Positions 39,605 to 52,984 of a stretch of 64,000 nucleotides of DNA are shown in pieces. A program made the position numbers and the translations under genes. The stretch is from assembly GCA_964016885.1 (NCBI GenBank), contig OZ024758.1, positions 6,448,001 through 6,512,000 on the forward strand. The letters are read 5' to 3'. The DNA comes from Eledone cirrhosa (Eukaryota). Below the pieces are notes generated by a model. It was given only the letters and a program-made list of their open reading frames with translations, ran no database searches and was not told the DNA's origin. The stretch's first letter is position 1; each line of letters starts with the position of its first letter.

Positions 39605-39935
39605 GATATGGTGTGGTCCTTTAACTCCTGGTGGAGACGTAGAGGGTGCCATAGTGGTATACGGCGTTTCCTTGGCATTTGAAACCTGGCGGAGCCCAAC
39701 CGTCTCCGGGCCTGAACATGGCAGAGGAGGATTGAGATTTAAAGAATGGAAGTGATAAAGAGATATAAAGGAAGAATCGACCCCTGTACTAGACTGGTAC
39801 TTTTTTTAACGACCTCGAAAGAATGAAAGGCAAAGTTGACCTCGGTGGGATTTGAACTCAGAGAGCAGAGAGACAGAACAAATACCACAAAACATTCTAT
39901 CTGACGTTCTAATGACTCTGCTAATTTGCTGCCTT
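39605..39935 (-). mobile_element. SINE family 2
   Basis: Reverse head/core and family 2 tail. Confidence 0.75.
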
Positions 39936-40794
39936 AGAACAATCCTACGAACAGAGTTATAATTTAAACAAAACACATATATATAACAATGTTGATATCT
40001 GATTGTTCATGAAACATTGATTATAACATAATGCATTGCCGTAGTAATTGCGTGCTATGAAAGCATCATAAATGATTTATGATGCTTTCTAACAGGATTT
40101 ATACGCCATTTTTATACGTATAAATTTTCTGTAATTTTCAATATCTCCTCCTATTGAAAAAAAATGTATCCTATAAATCGTAATAAGCTGCGAATGCTAA
40201 TAAACCACAACTCAACCTTTGAGAAATAAGCTTATGATTAAAAGAATCATATTATTATATCAACTAATAATAATTGATTTGTCTTTTGAATTTAAAACAA
40301 ATTAGAAATTCCCAGTTTCAAAGCTTAGGCACAAACAATTAGTGTATGTTCAGAAAGAATTTTACAATATAATTTCATTTTTCAATGTTATATTTAGAGA
40401 TGAATTGATTTCAATCAATACTTTAATGAATACATCACAATTTCTTCTTTTTCTTTTTAATAAGAATTAGATATATCTTGGAGGATATAGATCGAAGTGT
40501 TAAGGTATAACAACGATGTTCTCCAAATGGTCCATACAATAATTATTTTTAAATCATTAGGTGATCATTTTAAAGTGGTTTTTCTCACCTTCTCCTGGAT
40601 GGGTGCCTTTCTTTACTAAATATATCGGGAGATAATTATTTTCGCATGTTTTCATCATAATAAGTAACTTAAGTACTGGTCTTTTTATCGTATGATGTGC
40701 TTGTTTAATAATTAATATAGTTAATAGAAGTATTGTACGATATAATAAATGAATTATAAGTTTTAAAAAGCCGGTACAATGTGGTAGAAATATA

Positions 40795-41151
40795 CAGGCT
40801 GTCCATAAAGTCTCTTTACAATTTAAAATATTTATTACAAAAGCAAATGAACAGACAAATATGTGAAAATTGTTACAAAATAAGGAGTAGATATTGAAGT
40901 TTTTGACTAATTTAATACATCTCTATATGGGTATCATTAGTTGTACGAAGCACATCAAGACGGTACTAGATGTCTTGCTATGTTCGCTGTAGCATAGCCT
41001 CATCAATGGTGGCAATAGCATCAGTGATCTTTTACTTTAAAAAAAACTTCAATATCTACTCTTCATCTTGTAATACTTTCCACATATGTCTCTGTTCATT
41101 TGCTTTTGTAATAATTTTTTTAAATTGTCAAGAGACTTTATGGACACCCTG
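40795..41151 (-). mobile_element. Tc1/mariner deletion derivative with ~110-bp TIRs, TA TSD and transposase C-terminal remnant
   Basis: TA-CAGGCTGTCCATAAAGTCTCTT ... AAGAGACTTTATGGACACCCTG-TA; minus strand KITDAIATIDEAMLQRT*QDI*YRLDVLRTTNDTHIE. Confidence 0.85.
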
Positions 41152-41525
41152 TAATAAGGGCAAAGGATGACAAAGAAAACAAAATGAAGTAATGTTTTAC
41201 CCAGGATATTTCAACATAATAAAACATTGTTTTGTTCTGTTTGTCATCATTTACTCTTTATATATTTCTACGACATTTTACCTGCTTTTTGAAACTTATC
41301 AGTCATATGTTAGATATCTCACAATGCTTCATATTAACAACTATTTATTCTCTTCACGCCTGAACCAGGCTGACTTTAACTACTTCCGTTCCACATTTGA
41401 AAAAAGGGTTTTAACCCTAAATTATATTGAAATATACTGATAAAAAACAGTACTTTGTTTTGTTTTATTTGTCATCCATTGCCCTTTATATATTTCTACC
41501 GCATTGTATCGGCCTTTTGAAACCT

Positions 41526-41820
41526 TCTTCTTCTTCTTCTTCTTCTTCTTCTTCTTCTTCTTCTTCTTCTTCTTCTTCTTCTTCTTCTTCTTCTTCTTCT
41601 TCCTGCGAGTGTCATGGCTGAGTCCTCAAACACGCCCTCCAACGGGTCCTGTCAAAAGCAACCGTCTCCAACTGGTCCGACAGGATCCCCAAGCGAGTCC
41701 AACCAAGCTCATGAATGTTATCCAACAATGTTGCTCGGGACCTACCCCTGGGTCTCCGGCCGCTTTGTTTGACCCGTAAAATCTGTCCAGCGATTTTTTT
41801 TCTGGGACATTCTAACCACA
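41526..41820 (-). mobile_element. 5'-truncated RTE LINE with (GAA)n tail and 9-bp TSD
   Basis: GQILRVKQSGRRPRGRSR..DRTRWR; TTGAAACCT at 41517-41525 and 41821-41829; related to the 1225-3453 element. Confidence 0.9.
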
Positions 41821-42216
41821 TTGAAACCTAATGATTTATATTTCTGAAATTAGTGTGTGTGATACATAATTATTTGTTTAATTGTTTCCGCTGTTAAAAT
41901 GTATTTACTCATTCATTAACTAAAATACCAAAAATGTTATTTCTTATTAAATAGTTCAATAATTAGTAACCACTAATAAAAATAATCAATTTATTCACTT
42001 AAAATTTCTTGATTATTTCATTTTTTTTAAACATTTATTTATCCATTAATAATCCTATGAAAATTCCTGATTTAATTATCTAATGGTTTAATTGCTGACT
42101 TAATATTAAGAAAATTATCCCCGATTTACTTATTTATTACATTTATTTGTCGGTAGCTTAAATATCTGAAGATTTCTTTCCGACTTAATGGAGCAATAAA
42201 AAGTATTCACTAGATA

Positions 42217-42535
42217 ATAATTATTTCTTCTTTGAGAATAAGGCCAGCAATTTGAAGGCAGGGTGAGAGTCGGTTTAATCGACGCCAGCTCGTTGCTGAT
42301 ACTTTATTTTATCGACCCACGAGCATAAAAGGCAAAGTTAACTTCGACGGGATTTGAACTCAGAATGTAAAAAGCCCGAAAAAATATCGAATGTTCTACT
42401 AATTCTGCCAATCCACCGCCCTATACCCGCACTAATATTTATTTCTACTTTTGGCACAAGGCCAGCAATTTGAAGGGAAAGGGAAAATAGATTAACCTAA
42501 CCCCAGTGTATTACTGGTACTTTCTTTTATCGACT
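42217..42535 (-). mobile_element. SINE family 1, full plus partial tandem copies
   Basis: Seen directly. Confidence 0.75.
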
Positions 42536-42689
42536 CATTATTGATACTCCCTTTTCCACTAGCTCCAACTCACCCTTGCCATCAATACAATTTCAAACCT
42601 TTTTAAATTGTATTAAATTTCCATCTTGATTTTACTCTTAAAATATTCTATATACTATTCCCTCCCCATCTCTCTGTAATATGAGCAAA

Positions 42690-42845
42690 TGAGGTCCCAC
42701 GTGCTGACCGCCCCACTGCCCCGGCGGACAGAATGGAGAAGGCGTTTCACCGGAGGTTGGTAAGGGAGATGCGCTGGAAGAGCCATTCCATCTCAGTACG
42801 CTCACACCTGCGACTGGCCACATTCCTTTTTCCTTCACGTCCTTT
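42690..42845 (-). mobile_element. CRE-clade non-LTR retrotransposon 3' fragment
   Basis: Minus strand EMEWLFQRISLTNLR*NAFSILSAG; homologous to 48950-49020. Confidence 0.7.
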
Positions 42846-44944
42846 AGTCTTCTGTTTTCTATGTCGAGAGTACTTTTGTTTATCCTAATTATCTCTTCTG
42901 TTTAGTGTTTATTGACTTCTGCTAATGAAAGTAATGTTTTCTTATGCTTGTCTTTCGTGATAATGCATAATAACTTTCTAATATTCTTTATTAGGTATTT
43001 TTGTAGTTGTTCATATTCTATAACGGTTTTCTAGTTGTGTAAATCCCTTATTTCTTTTTATTTGTAGTAAATGTGATATTTCATATCTTGCAGCTATAAT
43101 TCTTCGAACATACTATTAACCATCGTAAGAACATATTCCTAGCTGTATGTAATACGCAATTATATAAACATTACAATCGCTTTAGTGGTGAATTCATAGC
43201 AAGTTGAGACTATGTTTGTTTTGGATTTCCAAATAAAACCAATTGGATATTTATTTTTAATATAGTTGCAAACAGTATCAAAATATTTCACATCCCACTG
43301 ACTTCCTTTTCAAACGCTGAGTATATAAGAGTATACAAATATCGAATGCAGATTCTACAGATTCAAATCTCACTGTCTTAATCAAAGAGTTTGGTATTCG
43401 GCCAGAAACAAACATCTCAGAGATGTTGTTAATGTGTAGGAAATAGATAATGATTAGCTATTTTTGAAAACGTGAGGAATGTTCAGTAAATGATTTCCCA
43501 AGTGAAAATAGACCTGATTCTTTTCTAAAGTTGACGGATGGTTCGTTGCAGACTAAATCGGTCAAACAAAATTGCAATGCAAGCAAGCAATATACAAAAT
43601 AGCTGAATATAAACTTTTTGTGAATAGATAGTGATGTTATGTATGTGATATCAAGTAATATTATAGTATGGAAACAAAAGGTTTTTAAAGAATCGCTACA
43701 ATTGCAGTGAAAATAATCATATGAAAGCTGAATAGCAAACGTTAACGACAAAACATAAATGAAAGCAAAACATTATCTAATGTTGCTTTTGGATTAAGGA
43801 GTTGAGACGTAGTTATTGATTCTAACAGCACAATATCTATAAACGTGGAATCATTGGAATACTTTTCGGATAATAGTTAGGTTACAGCTAATTAAATTCA
43901 TGGTGGAAAGAGGAATAATATATTTTGCTCAGTTCCTCGTTATTATAGGTGCTGTTCCACTTGATTCGTGAAAATTAAAGGCTATGAAATGTAACCAGCT
44001 ACAATTTAGTCTCATCACCTTTACCAACATCATGCAAATTACCACATTTACATGTGTGTGTTTCTTTGTAATGATAGGAAAGAATTCAAGGAAGGAATTT
44101 TAAAAGATAAACACTTTTTCTGTTTTCTTTATTTGCTTTCAATATTCTCTATAGCATTTTGTATTGATGTCTACAATTGTCGAATGATCTTCATAGCTTT
44201 ATAATTCTGTGGTTAAATGTACCCTCCAATTATCATTGTTTCTATCTCTTAAAACTGTATAATATCCTGCCTCTTTTGCTACTTTTTTGTTGTTGTTTTA
44301 GCTTGTAAATACTTAAAGGAACATAGTTATTTTTGTTTGTCTGTCTAGATTGTAGATATTTTTCCAGGTTTTGTGAATTATCATTTGGGGAGAGAAACTA
44401 GCCAAGTCCACAGATAGAATGTTATGCCATTCGAACACCGATTCTGCTGTGTGGTGATTAATTATACAGTTACTGCATCTTTTGGTCAGACTGGCCTTAT
44501 TGAAACTGATAAGAGAATAATTGATTTTATATATATATATATATGCAAATATATATATGCATATATATATATATATATATGCAAATATATATATAGAGAG
44601 AGATAGAGATATAGATATATTAGGAAATATAGTAGAAAATGCTTATGGGATTTTGTCATAGAATAACATCAAAACATTTATTTTTAAAAAAGGCAATTAA
44701 TCGTACCGGTTTCAGCCAAAAGTTGTTTAGGTTTCTTCATGCTACAGGAAATATGATTAAAATGTATTAAACAATTCAGGTCTGTATTAATAAGAAGTGT
44801 GTATAAGAGAACATAGATTACATACATATAAAAGAATTTACATTTTCGTTTATCTCTATCTCTACATCTGTCACCCTTGGTTTGTTCCTTGTTATTGTCT
44901 GACCATAACAAGGAATATATCAAGGAAAATCAGGGAAATATTCG

Positions 44945-45125
44945 GAATATATTGCAACGTATTAGACTCCTTTATGATCTGAGTTCGAATCCTGACGAGG
45001 TTAGTTTTGCCTTTCATCTTTACGGAGTCGATACAATAAAGTACCAGTAATTCACTAGGGTTGGTTTAATCGAATCCCCCCCCCCTCAAAATTGTTCGCT
45101 CTGTACCTAAATTAGAAACCAATAT
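44945..45125 (+). mobile_element. SINE family 1, diverged
   Basis: B-box GAGTTCGAATCC, core and tail. Confidence 0.7.
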
Positions 45126-45868
45126 ATTACAACGTAAAGGTTTATATATATCGGATATAGGTTGGAATCCCGTAGTTGTTAGTTATTTTACACTGGGGTC
45201 TGCTTCGTCTTTTATCCGACTAAAATCGATAAAATATAATAATTATATCGACTATATTTCTTTGCTTGTAATTTTGGACGTAAAACCAATAATATCAACA
45301 TTATAATAACATTATAGCATAGCAATATTTTGGTTATTCGGTTTCAATGATTGGACAATCGTTAAAGATAAGAGATAATGAAAAAAAGCAAATAAAACAA
45401 TTCGAAAATATCTTCTCATGGTTGTCTGCACACATATTATATTTTCTTCAAACAATTCCTATAAAAATAACTTTACAATCATAAGCAGTGAAGACACCCC
45501 CCAAAATTAATTGTGTTGTAGAGGATGTAAATAATAGGAAGCAGTGTTAAAGAAACGCTACGAAATATTTTATGCAATCTCTTTACATTCCACTAGTTTT
45601 TATCATCCATATTTCTAGTTGTTTTTATTTTTTCTTTCTGTTTTATTTACAGGATATTTCCTATGTATACAATATTTATTATAGCTCTAGAGAAAGTTAA
45701 TGACGCTTATGTCAAGTTTAAGCTGAAATATATATTTATGACAACAAATATATATTTATGATAAACAAATACATATAAGATTATGATATATATATATAAT
45801 GTATATTCAGGTTGATAATGCATTTTGACTTGGTGTGAAAATATTCTCATTGTATTTGGTATATATAA

Positions 45869-45902
<34 letters not shown>

Positions 45903-46065
45903 TTGTGTGTATTTGTCTGTGTGTGTGTGTGTGTGTGTCTGTGGTGGGGGGTATGTGTGTTTGTGTCTGTGTATGTCTGTGTGTGTCTGAGTGTCTGAGT
46001 GTGTGTGAGTGAGTGTGTGTCTGTGAGTCCCGGGTTCAACCGGGGGTGACCAGAGTAATTCAGAT

Positions 46066-46408
46066 ACTCAATACATTAGTAGAGTGTAAACATCATGTCT
46101 AATATAGAAATGGCTTCTACAGATCTAGAACTGTTTCGTTCAAAAGATTCAAAAGAAATCATCAGGAAAGCCTGATGATTTCTATCGAAGGAAATAGTTC
46201 TAGTCCTGTGGAAGCCATTTCTATATTAAACATAATATATATATATATGGGGGGGAGCTTGTGTATGTTTGTGAGTTTGTGTGTGTGATTTATTTAATAG
46301 ACAAATGCTTCTACAGGACTAGAACTTTTCCATCTTTTTAGTCCTGTAGAAGTAATTTCTACATGAAATACATCATGTAACTTCTCTACTGTATGTATTG
46401 AGTACTAC
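46066..46408. mobile_element. Family C fold-back elements (two) with CTGATGA...GAAA hammerhead-like core
   Basis: Imperfect arms 46095-46166 and 46171-46233; second fold-back of the same sequence at 46297-46405. Confidence 0.55.
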
Positions 46409-47278
46409 ACATGTATATATATATATATATATAATACATTATGAAGAGAGAAGAAACATTAGATATAATTAGTAATAAGATATATCATACCCAAACTGCT
46501 TCTATAGTCCCCGACTACGGAGTTTCGTGGCATATTATGCAAAAACGCTACATCATAGAGATATAGAGTTTTTGTGAGGTCTGCCGACTTATCAAGAGGA
46601 TACCTCATTATATTTTCATATATAACATCGGGTTCTTTATTTGTCCGTCGCCATGTCTTTGTCTGATTTTAAGTGTATCTATTGCTATATACATTTCACC
46701 AACATGGGTAAGAATGTGTACAAGTATCCTGGGAAATCGTTCTGCACACTACATACAAATAACGTTTAGTCTTATTTATGCAATAGAATAAGCTGAAAAA
46801 CTTTGATTAAGAGAAAGCGTTAATGCAATTAGCGACATTTAAAATTTTAAAGCAAGAAGCAAAGTAATTAAATATAATTAACTATCAATAAATTAAAATG
46901 TATGAAACGCAGTATAGAAGTAGATCTGTTGGAAAGGTGAAAGTAGTGTATATACTTTGGTCTGTTAGCTGTACATGTCAGCAGGTTTGAAAGTAATGCT
47001 ATAACTGTAAAGAGTGTGAGATTTTCGATTTTCTTTTTCAAAATTCTTAGCAAAGAGTGTTAATATCAGCTCAAATGGTAGGATAAGTAATGGTGGAAGA
47101 AGTGGAGCTGTGAGATAGATATTTTAGGATATTCAATAATGTCTGTGTTGTATCTGATACTGCACATGTGATGTTGGTGGTGTCACATTCGTCATTTGAT
47201 GTCATATGATTTGAAAGTACTGTAATAGTGGCAACGTGAAATATGTATATATAATTAATTTAGAGTGTTAGTCTAGAG

Positions 47279-47595
47279 CAGGGGCGTGCAACAGGCGGCC
47301 CGATGGCCACAATCCGGCCCGCCAGACCAGTCAGAGTGGCACGCGATGACAATTTTTAATGTTTACCTTGTAGGCTTATTTAGAATTTTTTCGTAGCCGT
47401 GATACAATTTTCTGTTAGTTGACCTATACTAAAGGGTTTCACTGATAGGGTTATGTGTGTTATAATTTACCAGTTCCATGTTATGGAAAGAGGTTGTGGT
47501 TTTCATTAGATTACATATTTTTGACAGTGACTGACCCTGTTGGTTGTTCCGATGTTCAAAATTGACCCGCCAACGGAATATGTTGGCGGGTCAAT
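47279..47595 (+). mobile_element. hAT (Charlie-like) non-autonomous element, left end intact
   Basis: gTCTAGAg target-like site, then CAGGGGCGTGCAAC..GCGGCCCG..GGCC..ATCCGGCCCG subterminal motifs. Confidence 0.65.
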
Positions 47596-47881
47596 GTACT
47601 GCTAGTTCTGCCATTGCTATTACATCTACTTTCGTCACCCCCACTGTTCCCATTATTGCCACAACCATTTCCATCTTACCTCCTCACTGTCAGTGTTTGT
47701 ACTAAGTGTAGCTAGGATTAAAGACAGTCCTGGGGTTGTTTTACCGCTACTTGTATTGCTAGGACATTTTTATCCTTTTAATCAACGATTGGAGGGTATT
47801 TCCCCTAACCCTATTAAGGGGGGTGGCATTGGCATTAAATTGGAGGACAGATCAAATGTGAGGGGAGCCAGGGTTATTATA

Positions 47882-48230
47882 AGGTGGCGAATAGGCAGAA
47901 TCGTTAGAACATGAGATAGAATACTTTGAGGTATTCGTTTCCGCTCTCTGCTCTCTAAGTCGAAATCCCGCCGAGTTCAACATTGCTTTTCATCCTTTCG
48001 AGATGGATAAAAAAAGTACCAGTTAAGTACTGGAGTCGATTCTTCCTCTACATCTCTTTCTCACTTCCTTTCTCTCACTCCCTATACGTCTCTGGGGGGG
48101 GGGGTCCATATGTTGTATTCAGACCTGGAAAGAAGCTGAGCTCCAACAGGTTTTTTTTTTTAAATACTCTAGAACACTGTAAATCAATGCGGCGCCTCTC
48201 CGACCCCCTCGGGGGTTATGAGTTAAGAGA
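47882..48230 (+). mobile_element. SINE family 2
   Basis: Head, core and ttcagacctggaa tail. Confidence 0.75.
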
Positions 48231-48399
48231 AACGAGACTGTGTACGCTATCATCGTTGTTTCTGATGTTGTGGCTGTTGCTTTTCTCGTTTTTGTAGTTG
48301 CTCTTGTGGTTGTTGTTGCTGTTGTTGTCGCTTTTATTGGTGCTATCGTTGTTTTTTGTATACAACATTGATACTATTATTGATATTGAGTCGAGAGAC

Positions 48400-48433
48400 T
48401 TACTACTACTATTACTACTACTACTACTATTAT

Positions 48434-48469
<36 letters not shown>

Positions 48470-48482
48470 GACTACTACTTCG

Positions 48483-48528
<46 letters not shown>

Positions 48529-48600
48529 ATGATGATGATATTGATACTCTTGATGCTGTTGTTGTGGTTATTGTTATTGTTGTTGTTGATGTTGTCATTG
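48400..48600. repeat. (CTA)n/(TTG)n microsatellite
   Basis: Seen directly. Confidence 0.9.
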
Positions 48601-48759
48601 ATATTATTGTTAACACTATTTACAATTTTCCATTAATTTTTTGTGAATTTGTTTTTTTCCTCAATTCCAGACAGACAAATATTATTGAACAGGTGTTTCT
48701 TGTTTGTCCATTTGAACTGCACTCTATGCTCTGTTGGTGTTGTTTCTTTCTGTGCTCTG

Positions 48760-49045
48760 CGAGTCTCTGTGCTGCAATTACTGGGTAGTCTACTGTCGAA
48801 CATAATAAAAGTATCGCCCGCTCTCTGAGAGGTTTGCGTTTGAGCCTGTGGCAGTGGAGACCTCCGATGGTCTTCGCCCTCGGACTACATCCCTACTTAC
48901 TGCTATAGGGGCGAAGTTGGCTACCAGCAAGCGTGAACCCCGTGGTGTCGAGTAGCTGTTCCAGCACGTCTCTCACGCCATCCTCCGGAGCAATTCCTTC
49001 TCCATTCTGTCCGCCAGGACCACGTGTCTGAGCCGTAAGTTTCAT
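48760..49045 (+). mobile_element. CRE-clade non-LTR retrotransposon RLE C-terminal fragment
   Basis: From 48809: KYRPLSERFAFEPVAVETSDGL.....LLTAIGAKLA...REPR..E*LFQHVSHAILRSNSFSILSA, matching the CRE pattern KY..L....F.P.AVET.G....QRIS.A..RGNA. Confidence 0.75.
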
Positions 49046-49101
49046 TTATGGTCGTAGTATGTGGAATATATTTACTTATATTTTATTATATTATAAAATA
49101 C

Positions 49102-49271
49102 CGGGCGATGGTAGAACGTCAGACACCATGCTTTGCAGCATAGTTATGGCCCTTTGCGTTCTGAGTTCAAATCCCACCGAGGTTAACTTTGCCTTTCATC
49201 CTTACGGGGTAGATAAAATAAAGTACCAGTAATGCACTGGGTATTTCTGGCCTTGTGCCAAAAGTAGAAAC
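49102..49271 (+). mobile_element. SINE family 1 with 15-bp TSD
   Basis: tatattataaaatac at 49087-49101 and 49272-49286. Confidence 0.9.
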
Positions 49272-49367
49272 TATATTATAAAATACTGTTTTAGAAACGT
49301 TGACTTGTTGAAAGAAGAAGAATGATAAATAAAAAGTATGAAAAAAATAATAAAGCCAAGAAAATAT

Positions 49368-49430
49368 AAGGCGGTGCTCCAGCATGGCCTCAGCATGTCG
49401 GCTGGAACACGTAAAGGAGTAAAAGTGTAA
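49368..49430 (+). mobile_element. Isolated LINE/SINE 3' tail (L2/CR1-like)
   Basis: ggcggtgctccagcatggcctcagc..ggctggaacacgtaaaggagtaa; homologous to the tail fused to U6 at 29489-29542. Confidence 0.55.
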
Positions 49431-49557
49431 TACTATCAGTATATTTTTGTTTCTGTGTATCTCTGTTTATCTGTTACTATTGGTGTTTCATCTATGTTAG
49501 TTTGTTGTTTGGGGTGTCGGTTATAGGTGGAATTTATGGGTTGATATTACTGATAGG

Positions 49558-49882
49558 AAGGTGACGAATTGGCAGACGTTAGAAGGTCGAATAGAATACT
49601 TTGTGGTATTTGTATCGACTCTAGGCTCTCTCAGTTCAAATCCTGTCGAGGTCAACTTTGTATTTCAACCCTTCAATGTCGATAAAAAAAAGTCTAGTAC
49701 TGGGGTCGATTCTTCCTCTATAAATCATTCTCACTCCTCTATCTTTCTCTATAAGAAGTCTGCTGTATTCAGACCTGGAGAGAAGATGGACTCCGCCTGA
49801 TTTAAAGGTGCCCTAAGGACCACCGGGGGTCAATACGGCGCCCTACGACTCACTTAGGAGTTAAGGAATGATGCTTGCATTC
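49558..49882 (+). mobile_element. SINE family 2
   Basis: Head, core and tail. Confidence 0.75.
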
Positions 49883-51658
49883 CCACTAAAAAGGAACCAA
49901 GAGTCTTCCTCTCTAGTTGTGCTGACATATTTTCTTTGTTTCGTATAATCGAGTCCTTTTCCTTTTTCTGTTTTGGATAATATCTTAACTATAATAAAGT
50001 AAGGAGTGCGGGACTGCGTCCAGAATATATTTGTTTATCCCATTTGTAAAATAAGTTGGTTACTTTGAATAAATAATGAATGAATATTACATAATTTATC
50101 TACTAAATTTAGTAGCTCTTGATTAAATATATTGTATTGCTTATTTAAAGATTCATTTCTTTCAAATTTTCAAATGTCAACACTTCCAGTTAGCGATCGC
50201 TTAAATAAACATTTATATATTTCCGTCACTAATTTTTCCCTAATGCAGTTTATATATAATATCGTCTTTTTTTAATGTATCATGAATTACGTTACTGATT
50301 ACATAAGAGAGTGTAACGCAGACTTCGTTCAATTTCTGTGTATATTATCAATTACGATTTTATTTGATGTATCATATCTACATGCAGATATACTTGCATA
50401 TAATATCAATATGACACTACACATGCTAGCAGAAAAACCACCCGACGGGTGATTTTTCTGCTAGTGTATGTAAGAATTTTTATTTGGGATTTTAGAGTAT
50501 TGCGTGTTTTCATTTCTCATTTTAATATTTTGTGAGGTTCAGCAAGATGCCATTTGCTGTTTTGAGTCACATAGTAATATCTCAATACAGAAAACTCACA
50601 GAAAGGATGACATTCGGCACACTTAAAGAATGGAGCATGTACTTCTGAACTATTCCAATATGTAGCCATTTATCATGAATATCTACGAGGTATTTTTGCT
50701 TTGAAGATCGAACGAAAAGAAGACAGGCGCCAGATGGCGAATGGTTTTGACTCATTCAAATTAATATACATTAAACCTAAACCCTGTCGAGGATTCACTG
50801 CATGTAATGGAAGTAATCATGTGTACTTGTTTTATTGTATAAGGAATGAAAAGAATTAGATGTATAAAGCAAAAACCAACAATGAAATACTTCGTCTCAA
50901 GAAAACATATTTGTTACGCCAAAGCATTGAATGTCATCTGCTCCAGGAAAAGAACATTAATCATATTTGGTATATCTTCTAAACTTCTATTTATGCAACT
51001 CTGCAAGTTTGTGTTATTTGCATCAATAAAAAGCTACTTGTTCAAAGTGATCATCTGCTAGAGGATATACTACGAGAAAGATGAGGAAACATTGTGTGCA
51101 TTAAAAGATGAAGCCACCTATAACGTGGAGGGGCTTGTTAACCTTCTTTTACCTTTGACCGAACGCCTCTGACCTTCCCAAAATGACAGAACGAGGAAGG
51201 ATATGAATTTAGTTAGATATTTGCCATGATATCTAATTTGAGTTTGATGAAGTTAGACAGCAATAATTAAAGATCTTTACTTGTGAATATAGCACAGCAC
51301 TAATAATGAGTTATAAATTGTTTTCGTGAAACAAGAATGTATAAAAACAATTAATTGATCCTTCAATTATGCTAATAGAAATGTGTTAATGCCTCTCTAA
51401 ATATGATATTGGACAACGTAACATAAGAAGTTTTGTAACGTAAAATATGAAGTTTCAATTTGTTAATTCATACAGTATAGAATCCCTTACTTCTAATAGT
51501 GGACATATACTAACCTCTATATAAATATAGTAGGAGTATAGATTCATTATTCACTCGATTAGGCTAATAGAAACGTTTTAATGACTCTATAAATATGGGA
51601 TATGGAACAAATTAACATAAAATAGGAAGTCAATTTAAATTTGTTAATTTATACAGTA

Positions 51659-51823
51659 TACGAGAGTCGACTGAAAAGTTCGTAAGCTGACTATACATTA
51701 ATTTCAACTCTTTGTTAATAACTGCATTGTTTCTTTCTAGGAACTATGTTGAAAAATAAACCTTGTTTGATCATTCCATGAGAGTATCTTGGTCGACCTA
51801 TTAACTTCTCGGTCAACCCTCTC
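51659..51823. mobile_element. Mariner-like MITE
   Basis: TA-cgagagtcgactgaaaagttc; family interior. Confidence 0.7.
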
Positions 51824-52984
51824 ATTTATAATAGTGGAATAGATTTGCAATAACAGAATAAAATTGTATTAATTGGGAATTATTTGGTATAATCCTTTTA
51901 TCACATAACAGTCATTACAATGCGTAAATAAATTCAACGATCCCGACTAACAGAATGTTTTTTTAAGTGTTAAAAATGTTAAAAATAACACTTGAACGCT
52001 GTTAGTCTTGTTAACTGTGTCATTGTAGTGTCTCTGTTACCAGAACAGAATTAGTCTTGTCATCTATATCATTGTGTATGTCTATTACTAACAGAGTTAG
52101 TCTTGTCAACTGTCATTGGAGTCAACTGTCACTGAAGTATCTTTATTCTTAGATTTCAATAAACACGAGATGTTTTGTTTGAGAATTCCTTTCTTTTGTT
52201 GAGATGATTTCCCATAATTGTGGGTTTCTGTTTAGATTTTGAGTACTATATTTTAATAAACAATAACTTGATTGGTAATTCTTTGCTGATGATGCTTAAT
52301 AATACTGAAACATGTCCATTCGTTCCATCTGTGGCTTCAAAACTGGTTCTTCTTTTATTTACCATTTTACATAAGAGAGGACCTAACGTATTTATTTAGC
52401 ATGCACTTCGATTAGATATGGTAAATGTGAATTCTTTCTACTTTTATCGAGACTTCTACTTCAATATTTCACCCAAATATATCTGTTATATATAACTTCT
52501 ACTTATATTACTTCCACTGTACATATATGGCTGCACAGTAAATATTAATATCTACTTTAATTATCAAGAATATAAAACGACCGCAGTTGAAAGATATATA
52601 CAAATACTCATCTACCCTTACCGTCATTTTTGACGGTACGGGACCAACTAGTCTTTTTAGGATAGGGAATGCCCTTATAAACGTTCTCCTGCAATCGAAG
52701 GTACTGTGTATTCGAAAGGTGCTAAAGAAATACTTTTATTTGAAAGTAGGTACCCTGTTTCAGCCATGACACTGTTTATCACGTTAGACATTACCTCTTC
52801 AGAAGGTTTGTAATATAATTCATCCCTGCATAATCACGCTGGCGTTACAATTGTATAGGGAATAAAAGTTGTATTAAATTTAATAAACTGCAAAATCAAA
52901 TATATTGGTGGGAGCTTGTATCGTCTGCACGTCCCATGAGGAGTGTTGCCTTTCTATCCATTTATATAGATTGATATATCAATT

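Noticed and set aside
45620-45700. Candidate acceptor for the GPCR TM6 exon (also near 44368 and 60239)
   Set aside because: Phase-0 translations show no TM6-like sequence and soon reach stops.
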